NCBI GenBank assembly: GCA_964016885.1
Contig: OZ024745.1
Span: 117,738,001-117,802,000 of the forward strand
Direction: 5' to 3'
Length of the DNA stretch: 64,000 nt
DNA from: Eledone cirrhosa
Lineage: Eukaryota
Of the stretch, positions 54,338 to 64,000 are shown piece after piece (the stretch's first letter is position 1; each line of letters opens with the position of its first letter). Position numbers and translations under genes: made by a program. Below the pieces are notes generated by a model. It did no database searches. It was not told where the DNA came from and saw only the letters and a program-made list of their open reading frames with translations.

Positions 54338-54714
54338 GATTAACATAATATTATACCACAAAACTGACAATAGCATACAAATCTACACTATGATTGAACC
54401 GTCAATTTCTATAGTTTTGTATCCTCAAGTACATGCAATTCCTTGCAAATGATAAATATATTTATGTGATATAAGCTGTCAGAGCATCATGACTTTGACA
54501 TAAAATAGATTGCTGCACACAATAAACAGTCATTACACGTAGTTCATAATCACCTCCAGAAGGAAGATTTAATCGCAAGGTGAACAGACTATGACAAGAT
54601 GACTGAAATCACACAGGAGATGTTACACGCAGCGGTGGAAACTAATGAACCAGTCATCAATTTTCCTAGTTTGTCGTTGACCACAACAATAGAGTTCTTC
54701 CTACTCTGTAATAG

Positions 54715-54925
54715 GGTTTCTAATTTAAGCACAAGGCCAGCAATTTGTGGGAGGGGAAACTCGATTATATCGATGCCAGTACTTGACTGCTACTGCATTT
54801 TATCGACCCTTGAATGATGAAAGGCAAAGTTGATCTCGGTGGTTTCGAACAAAGAAATTAAAGAGCCGGAACAAATGCTGCTAAGTATATGCTCGATGCT
54901 CTAACGACTCTGCTAGTCTACCATT
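54715..54925 (-). mobile_element. tRNA-derived SINE
   Basis: GCACAAGGCCAGCAA tail and reverse core. Confidence 0.75.
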
Positions 54926-55149
54926 CTACTTTGTAGACCATCTGCTCTCTTAATGATTTATACACACTCTGTAACATAAGACATACAAGAAGTGTCAATA
55001 TTTTTCAGCATTAATTTTTATATAAATTAGTTATATCAAAATGTATTTATAACAATATATACTGCAATTCTCTCGCAATCTCCTCTACTTTTAATATATG
55101 TATATATGTTGTCTCCTCGTAATTTTGACCGGCCATCTTTCTCGTAGCA

Positions 55150-55935
55150 AGATTGTAGAAAAAAAACAAACTTTCGTTGTTCCTTGTGCAATCGTTCATC
55201 ATTTGAACCGTTTTACATATTTTGAAGGTTCCAGATATCGTGGCAATTTGTAGCTTATGAATTAAGGAGCTGCCTTGTTTTCCACAAATCCAAATTCAGT
55301 CATATTTTGGTCCAGGTGAGTTGGTATAATCCTATAGCTCCAATAATAATAGTTATAAAATTGAACGTGTATTATGGTTACTAGATCTGCAAACTCCTCA
55401 TCAATGTTCCTTCTTTTATATTTTTTGACAATGAGTGGGTAGGTTATTTCTACAACAGAGCATGTTTTAATGTGTACCAGGCGGGTTGTATTTTAATTTG
55501 GCGACGGTATTTATTTTTAGGTTCCACCAATATTACTTTTAGCCATCAGTCTCAACATATTCTTCCATATTGTTATTTTCATCTTCTATAAGGCATTCCA
55601 GATAGTTCTGGCTACCACATCATACTTCATGAGGATGTAGTCACGAGAAGGCATTCTTTGACAGTTGGCCAAATGTGGCTTACATCTTCGGTCTTTGTTC
55701 TGCACAGCCTACATTTGTTGTCAACTAACGACGTTCCTCTTTTATGCAGTCGGTACTTGGTAAGGATTTCTTGTTCCTGAATTCCATAGAGGTATTCTTC
55801 AAGGTGGCATGCTATGAATTAGTCGGAAATCTATATCAAGTTTTTAGTATGGCTTATCCCCTCAATGGTCACCGTGTTCCTCCTAAACACCCATATAAAA
55901 CCTTTTCACTGACCTGGCTTATTATTTGTTCGAGC
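55150..55935 (-). mobile_element. Decayed R4/Dong-like non-LTR retrotransposon fragment
   Basis: GIQEQEILTK, CRLCRTKTEDVSHI..NC zinc knuckle, Y...KYDVVA (RHD-like), IIIGAIG. Confidence 0.75.
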
Positions 55936-55979
55936 ATTGAATAGAGTTTTTCAAAATTCCTGGGAAGGAAATTTTGTAT

Positions 55980-56588
55980 GTCAGGTCGCTCTCGAGTGTT
56001 ACTGGTAACATGTAATCCAGTACAACCTGTCTCATAGTCGGGTCGTCGGCGACTAAACCGGCAACCACACCAAGCTTGCTTGGTGACACGGGTGATATTT
56101 GGACACTCTACAGGATGAAATACAAGACCCGGCAAAGGGCGGAGGTACTAGTAGAGTCAACGTCCATCCAAATAGGTTTTTTTGTTTCACCTGAGAGTGA
56201 AAGGCCTCCAGTTGGTGTCACAACACCTTTCTCGGAGAGGGAAACTCTGAAAAGAAAAACCTGCGGCTTCGGAAGCATCCGATGATGTTGACCAGTTCTC
56301 CTTTTCGGGTAGTGTTTTCGATGCTCAGAGAGTGGGATTGGTCGAGTGCAAGTCCTTTCCCCACTTAAAAACCTTCGGAGCACAGGCACTGCTTGTTCAG
56401 GTTATGTTGCTGGTTCGTGTGACTGGCCGTAGCCTAGAAGTGTACCATTTTCTGTAATCTGACAAGCGAGTGCAATACTCTTAGCAGAGTTTGTAGCCAT
56501 CATGTATGTATGTATGTATGTATGTATGTATGTATGTATGTATGTATGTATGTATGTATGTATGTATGTATGTATGTATGTATGTATG
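55980..56588 (+). mobile_element. Non-autonomous RTE-derived element with (TATG)n tail
   Basis: Colinear with the reverse complement of 28488-29013. Confidence 0.88.
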
Positions 56589-56634
56589 TTCTTCTGGTTT
56601 TATAATTTCACAAATTTTTGCCAATAGGGAGAGA

Positions 56635-57000
56635 GAGAGTCGGTGGAGTGTCTCATGTTCCTGTCCTTGAACGAGTTCTTGTGGTTGTACATCCTCGATT
56701 TAAAAGTCCTGGATGTAGCTCCGATGTATGTGTGCCTATCGTTGTGCGTGGTAACCACACATCTGTAGACAACGCCCTTAGTCAGGCACATTCCCTGCAG
56801 AGGGCACTCCTCTCCAACACGGCAGTTACAGGTCCCTGCATCATTTTTGTAATTCCCCTGGCGTCTTATTTGTGTTCTCTCCGGTCCTCAACTGGTGCTC
56901 CGGCAGGGTGGTGGACTCAGTGTTCACCACCAGCTGGTCTCTGTTAGCAGGTGTGGGGTCCTCCGCGGCCACAGCTCCGCACCCAGGCACATCTCCAGAA
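56635..57000 (-). mobile_element. Penelope-like GIY-YIG fragment (GC-richer family)
   Basis: CNCRVGEECPLQGMCLTKGVVYRC...YIGAT...FKSRMYNH. Confidence 0.88.
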
Positions 57001-57430
57001 CCACTAGCCACTTACGCGTGCGCTCCTCTAAGACCCCGCCCCCCGTATTTTTCTAATATTTTTTTAATTTGTTTTAAAAATTCCCTCCAAGCATTATTTA
57101 CGGTGATTGTCGCATACAATACAGTTGCGGGTATGTACGTGATCGGTATAGACGGGGGCGCCTAAAGACAGTGAAGACGTCGAAGGGCCGCCAGCAGTTC
57201 AAGCATACAACCCCTTACCTACTACAGTAGTAATTTCGACCTAAGAAACAAATTTGATTGACAGGTCGAGAATGAAAAGAACCAAATAGTGGACAACCAT
57301 GAGTGGCTAGAAATATCGATGACGTGTACAATTCTTGACCACTCATAGAATGACAACAACAGGATCTAAGCCGACAGGCGAAGGATATCGATGTAAAAGG
57401 ACGTTAGGAAAATCTGCTTCGTAGAATCAA

Positions 57431-57526
57431 GACGCATCTGAGGACCTTGCGATTTTCAGAGTCAGGTTCGATCGTCACATCGATCGTGCCCCGAGCTGGT
57501 CGCCAGAGAAACGATTGTAATATGTC
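57431..57526 (+). ncRNA. Degenerate type I hammerhead with long stem II
   Basis: GACGCAU/AUAUGUC stem I (6/7); CUGAGGA; GCGA/UCGC in stem II; GAA-ACGAUUGU-A. Confidence 0.6.
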
Positions 57527-57749
57527 CAATAAATTCCATTCGTCGCAACACTGATTCTCTTTTTTTCTGAGATATATATATATGTATGTGTGTAGTGGAT
57601 AAATGTGTTCCTTTCGGGATGAATGATAAAAAGAATAATGCCAGAAATTGTGATGTTAACAATGTTTATTTTACAATAACAATATTCGCTTGTTGGTAAC
57701 ATTGAGCATCGAATAATAAACTTGTGGCAGCAATTATCACTACATTATT

Positions 57750-58310
57750 TGTTGGCTAGCTACTTCGAGCTAGCGTGTATGCATGTATCAATTTAACAAT
57801 ATAATAGACGTGAAATAACAGGAAGACGAAAGATTATTGAAAAACATAAGTAAACCTACTGCGTGTATGTTTATGTTTGTTTATCCTGTCGTTGGACAAA
57901 TTAGCCGAACGGGTATGAAAGAGGGTATAGGAGAGAGAAAGAGTAAAAGGTCTGCTGATGCCTACATCGTTATCTCTCACGGACTGCTTGCTGCTTCGGG
58001 GTCTTTCTGTCTGGTGGTGTAGTCTGTGGCTGAGAAGGTGGGAACCAGTGAGGCCAGGAGAGAGAGATAGAGTAAAAGTGAATTGGCTACATCGTTATTC
58101 TCTCAAGGACTGCTGCTTCGTGGTCTGGCTGCTGGATTCCCCAAGTCCTTGTATTTATAATAACCCTATAGCTAGAATGATGTGTATATGGGGTTGATTT
58201 ATGATCTGCCATGTGTGTATCATCTCTCAAGAAGCTGGGGTCACAGGTCAAGTGGCATGTACGTTTATCATCGTTCTCTTTTGACAAGACAATGGTGGGA
58301 ACCCACAACA
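57750..58310 (-). mobile_element. Possible solo LTR (561 bp)
   Basis: TGTTG...CAACA termini; TATAAATA on the minus strand at 58152-58159; no target duplication seen. Confidence 0.4.
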
Positions 58311-58385
58311 ATAGGTGGTCCCAGATGCGAGAAAACTCTTAGATTCGGTTTCGAATCTTCGCCGAGTAATTTATAGGAGAATTCC

Positions 58386-58458
<73 letters not shown>

Positions 58459-58893
58459 ACATATATACACTCATTGGACACGAAGTGACAAGATATGAAA
58501 CGTATCTATGAACAGCTGGCTGTGTTAGAAATAGATTTCACATATTTTGGCACTATTCGCAATTTGTAGTCAGTAAAAACTTCTTTAAAATATATTCAAG
58601 TTTCTTTGTTATTCTTGTATAGCTTTATTACTTTCTTTTTCTATGATTGTTTGACGAAACAATTTCTCTGATTCACGATATTCTAAACCCGACTCACATC
58701 ACCTTCCCCAACACTATGAAAAACGAAACAAAACAAGAATAAAAACGAAACGAAATAAAATATAAAATAAATATATAAAACCATAATAATAAACAAGTTT
58801 AAAGTTTTATGTTTTATAGTTTTATAGAGAATCGTTTAAATATGTGCACGTGTCTCTCTACTCACATTGCTAGTTAGATGTTTGTACAGATAA

Positions 58894-59060
58894 GATCTTC
58901 TTCTTCTTCTTCTTCTTCTTCTTCTTCTTCTTCTTCTTCTTCTTCTTCTTCTTCTTCTTCTTCTTCTTCTTCTTCTTCTTCTTCTTCTTCTTCTTCTTCT
59001 TCTTCTTCTTCTTCTTCTTCTTCTTCTTCATCTACCCCTTCTTCATCTACCCCTTCTTCA
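58894..59060. repeat. (TTC)n microsatellite
   Basis: Directly visible. Confidence 0.98.
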
Positions 59061-59137
59061 TCTACCTCCTCTTTTATCACTCCCATCCTACCCTTTCTTC
59101 TTATTCATTGTTTTTGCACTGGTATTCACCCACTTAA

Positions 59138-59372
59138 CTTCTTCGCCCACTTATTCTTGAGAAGGTCGTGAGGGGTCTTCAAACACTCCTTCCAGTAGAT
59201 CCTGCCAGAAGCAACTGTCTTCAACTGATCTGGCTGGATCCCCAAGCGAGACCAGCAAAGCCATGGATGTTATCCAATCATCTTGCCAAGGTCTATCCCT
59301 GGGTCTCCTGTCAGTTGGTTTCGCCCGTAAAATCTGTCCGGCGATTCTTTCCCGAGACGTTCTAACCACAAT
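59138..59372 (-). mobile_element. 3' end of RTE LINE, same family as 3108-4451
   Basis: Reverse complement aligns to 4215-4451, including GAATAAGTGGG(C/T)GAAGAAG. Confidence 0.85.
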
Positions 59373-59547
59373 ACCCTCCAAATATTACCGTTATAAAGGA
59401 AGGACACATTGAGTAGTGTAGTGTGAAAAGAAACAATATCTGGTGACAGCTGGAATTATTTGAGCCATGGCCTGTCTGATTACGTCAGACATGTGTCAAA
59501 ATAACAATAACATAAAATATAACAACGTGTTTGATGAAACAACAAAA

Positions 59548-59912
59548 GATCCTCGGTGTAGTTGATCCTCGATGTAGTTGATCCTCTGTGTAGTTGATCC
59601 TCGGTGTAGTTGATCCTCGGTGTAGTTGATCCTCTGTGTAGGTGATCATCGCTGTAGTTGATCCTCGGTGTAGGTGAACTTCGGTGTAGTTGATTGCCGG
59701 TGTAGTTGATTCTCGGTGTAGTTGATCCTCGGAGTAGTTGATTCTCGGTGAAGTTGATCCTTGGTGTAGTTGATCCTTGGTGTAGTTGATTCTCGGTGTA
59801 GTTGATCTTTGGTGTAGTTGATGCTTGGTGTAGTGTGATCTTCGGTGTAGTTGATCTTCAGTGTAGGTGATCCTCGGTGTAGTTGATACTCGGTGTAGTT
59901 GATCTTCGGTGA
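59548..59912. repeat. 16-bp minisatellite, about 22 copies
   Basis: Unit GTTGATCCTCGGTGTA, no spacers. Confidence 0.95.
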
Positions 59913-61644
59913 AGTTGCGCGATTTGCTACAAGCAGTAGAAAAAAAAATCAGCAACCACACGATGACATTTAAAAGGGAGGAACACAATGTGTCACGGCT
60001 CGGACATCTTTTATTATGTTTCTGGGGACTAAAGACCACCAACGACCAACAACTGTATGTGTGCATCATTACTTGGCTGAATGTCCGTTCTAGTTTCCTA
60101 AATTTGTAGAACTATAATCTGAAATCTTACAACTGTAATGTGATGTCTTACTACTGTAATCTGGTGTCTTACAACTGTAATGTGATGTCTTAGAACTGAA
60201 ACCTGGTGTCTTTGATCTGCAATTTGGTAATGTTTAAAGTGCTATTAGTGCTTTATTTAATGGAGCTAAGTTTATTGCTGACGCTCAATTGGTCGCCAAC
60301 CCTTGTCAAACAGATGAAGTTTGGAAGGCAAATTCTACCTCCTGTTAATTTCAGAATCAGAACGCAGACAGTTGAAACGAAAACACGAATATTTCATTGT
60401 TTTTCTCTTTTATTGTAATTCCAGAACTTTAAAATCAGAAGAGTGGCACACACACACACACACACATACATACAGACAGAAAAACGCAAATACACACAGA
60501 TCCACACATAAACACATATACAAATAGTCACATACAAACAAACTCACAAACACAGACAAACAAAAACACACACACACACAAACATACACAAACACACAAA
60601 CATACACACCCACGCACATACACACACACAAACACACATACTCACACACACTCACACACACAGTCACATACACACAGTCACCCCTCCACACACACACCCA
60701 TAAACACACCCAAACATACACACACACAAACTCACACACAGAGAAACACACGTACACACACACAATTGCCAGACCTAGACAGTTTTATAGTTGTAGTACA
60801 ATATACAAATTATATTGGGAAAGGAAATAAAGACAGGAAAAAATCAAGAATGGGAAAGAAAGAAAGAAGAAAAAAACAAACGAAAGGGTGCAAAGAGATG
60901 AAGAGAGAGAGAGAGAGAGAGAGAGGAAGGGAGAGAGAGAGAGGTTGAACGACTTATTGCATATATATATATATATATATACACATAGAGAGAGAGAGAG
61001 AGATAGAGAGACAGAGGCAGAGATAAAGAGAGAGATAGAGAGGTTGAAGGAGTTATTTGTGTAGCTGTATATATGTGTATGGTTGCAAGAAAAAATAAAA
61101 GCAAGAACAACATTTTCTTATACTTGTTTTATTCGATTAAAGAAATAGTTACGGGAAATTCTTAAGTTTAGAAATATATTTACTTCCGGAAGGTAATATT
61201 CTGGGAAAATCTATTCAAAACAAGATAACCATGAAGAAAAAATAAATAACATTGGCAAAATCTATGATGAAAAAATATGATATCCACAAATAGAGAAATT
61301 ATTTTAATATTACTTTTATTGTTGATATAATTATCATTATATTTATATATTTCTTCTGTTACTTTCTTTTGATTTTAACTTGACTACTTCTACAAACTTA
61401 TGACTATATAAGTTTAGAGTATGATTGACGCTCAATGTAATAGACAATATATTAGGTCGTCAAATATGAAATTTGTAGTGAGGCATATGAACCTTTGTTT
61501 TTTTCTACAAATTTCATACTTGACGACTAAATACATTCATTTGAATACCTGACATTGAAACTAAATAAAGTATTGCTATTGTTTTTAAGGTGGTGGTCAG
61601 CGCGTAGTTATTCCGTCTCTTTGCGTTCTGAGTTCAAAACATAA

Positions 61645-62320
61645 ACTCCGCCAGTTGCAGACTGCGCATGAACATGGGATATCTCTCTCCACAAATTTCG
61701 ATCACCAGAAGCAGAGTTCAAAGAGCACAGATCAAGTCCAGTCCATAAGTTGACATTGTCAAGCCATCGTTTTGGCTGCCGGCCTCTGCTTCTCTTATCA
61801 GCCAACCTTCCTTCCAGGCATAACCTACTCACACCACAAGTTGATCTGTCTATATGACCATATAGTTTGAGTATTTTTGACTTGACAATTGATGTAATTG
61901 GTCTAAGTTTGGTAATGTTGAGCAGCTCACTGATACAGATATGGTCGCTGAGCTTCTTGCCAGTCATAAGTCTAATGATGTGGTTCTGGAATGTAGAGAG
62001 CTTCTGAAGTGACCTTGTCATCCAATTAACACAGTCAAGACCATATAACACAACTGGTAGAATGTAAGTATCAAAGATCTTAGCCTTCAAATGATAGGAA
62101 ACTCGTTTTGATGTTAGTACTTCCTTGTTCTTGTTGAAAGCTGCCCAACCTAGAGCGATTTGATATTGTGCAGCAACCATTCCATTGTTGTTTGATGATA
62201 GTTTGTGACCGAGATATTCAAACTCCGTAACTTGAACAATTTGTGAGTTGGAGATTGGCATTGTTTTTATCAGTTGTCATACAGTTTATTTTGGAGATGT
62301 TGATGTGTAAGCCATCCTAA
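61645..62320 (-). mobile_element. RTE-like LINE 3' fragment
   Basis: FEYLG, GWAAF, ILPVVLYG, LYGHI, RSRGRQPKRW, DRNLWR. Confidence 0.85.
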
Positions 62321-62396
62321 TTACATATATATATATATATAAAGTAAATAAGAAAAGATGGTTCTACATTTCCATTCTCCAGTTTATAATACAACG

Positions 62397-62463
62397 TCTG
62401 TTATGTACATTTCAGAAACGTTAGGCAAAGATTATGTAAGTCTACCATTTATCATCAAACAGA
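62397..62463 (-). ncRNA. Hammerhead motif, U-U variant, core C3 to U
   Basis: UCUGU/ACAGA stem I; UUGAUGA; U...U; GAA-AUGUACAU-A. Confidence 0.6.
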
Positions 62464-62565
62464 GGTTAATAAAAATATATATGATATACTGACTATGGGG
62501 CACAAGATGTTAGTTGTCCGAAATTCGATCAGCACGCACACACACACGTATATATATATGTATAA

Positions 62566-62611
<46 letters not shown>

Positions 62612-62614
<3 letters not shown>

Positions 62615-62925
62615 CAAGTTAATATAAATTAATATATAATAAACCACAAATACCATCATATAAGTGTTTGTATTGTAAATGACTAAGTTAGCTAGATTGA
62701 AAAATACGGAACAGGTTTGATTTTGAAATTTAAATTTGTCTAAGTACCACGGCCATTTGCCAATATCGTTTATTTTTATTGATTTATTATTTTAAATCGA
62801 GACAGGCAAACTGTATTATTATAATTAGTATTTTTTAATCTAGCTAACTTAGTCATTTACAATACAAACACTTATATGATGGTATTTGTGTTTTATCATA
62901 TACATTAATTTATATTAACTTGTAT
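62612..62925. repeat. Inverted repeat, about 96-bp arms, 120-bp spacer
   Basis: 62612-62707 is near the reverse complement of 62828-62925. Confidence 0.9.
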
Positions 62926-63025
62926 TACACGGCTCAGAAATACTTCTTTCTTTGAGCTATTTCATTGTAAAGGACTGCTTGAGTTTAGAACTCATTATTC
63001 TTAGTATATATGTATATGTATATGT

Positions 63026-63057
<32 letters not shown>

Positions 63058-63144
63058 GTATATTTATATATGTATATATATATGTATATATATATGTATA
63101 TATATATATATAGGTATATATATATATGTATATATATATATAGG

Positions 63145-63178
<34 letters not shown>

Positions 63179-63180
63179 GG

Positions 63181-63212
<32 letters not shown>

Positions 63213-63214
63213 GG

Positions 63215-63263
<49 letters not shown>

Positions 63264-63288
63264 TATATATATTATATATATGTATATA

Positions 63289-63476
63289 GGGCGGTGAATT
63301 GACAGTATCGGTAGAGGGTTGGACGCCATACTTTCTAGCATAGTTACGTCCCTTTATGGTCTGAGTTCAAATCCCGCCGAGGTTAACTTTGCCTTTCATC
63401 CTTACGGGGTCGATAAAATAAAGTACCAGTAATGCACTGGGTAATTGCTGGCCTTGTGCCAAAAGTAGAAACAATT
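63289..63476 (+). mobile_element. Full-length tRNA-derived SINE inside a (TA)n array
   Basis: GGGCGGTGAATTGACAG head, GAGTTCAAATCCC, core and short tail. Confidence 0.9.
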
Positions 63477-63499
63477 ATATATATGTATATATATGTATA

Positions 63500-63533
<34 letters not shown>

Positions 63534-63563
63534 GTTATATATATATATATATATGCATATATG

Positions 63564-63600
<37 letters not shown>

Positions 63601-63716
63601 TATATGTTATATATATATATATATATGCATATATGTTATATATATATATATATTATATATATATATATATGCATATATGCTATATTTATATATATATATA
63701 TATATATGCATATATG

Positions 63717-63751
<35 letters not shown>

Positions 63752-63790
63752 TATATGTTATATATATATATATATATATATGCATATATG

Positions 63791-63845
<55 letters not shown>

Positions 63846-64000
63846 ATATGCATATATGTTATATATATACATATATATTATATATATATATATATGCATA
63901 TATGTTATATATATATATATATTATATATATATATATGTATATATTATATATATGTATATATTATATATATGTATATATTATATATATGTATATATTATA
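63477..64000. repeat. Interrupted (TA)n array with GCATATATGT higher-order unit
   Basis: Directly visible. Confidence 0.97.

Overview
Eukaryotic, AT-rich, repeat-saturated DNA. The SINE families and microsatellite load resemble an octopod cephalopod (Octopus/Argonauta-like); this is pattern recognition, not a database result. I found no confident host gene, and the long ORFs in the track are microsatellite or minisatellite artefacts or transposon remnants. Transposon content: RTE, CRE-like, R4/Dong-like and CR1/Jockey-like LINE fragments; about 20 tRNA-derived SINEs; Tc1/mariner, hAT and possible piggyBac remnants with several MITEs; the 5' and 3' portions of Helitrons; and Penelope-like elements, one with an uninterrupted RT-to-GIY-YIG frame. 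The main signal the ORF track misses is RNA structure. Manual folding finds 13 type I hammerhead ribozyme motifs, about 6 with intact cores. They include an identical pair of opposite polarity inside a 334-bp inverted repeat (16712-17488), a recurring U-U closed variant, and forms with very long stem II. No folding or search software was run, so structures and boundaries are by eye and activity is untested.
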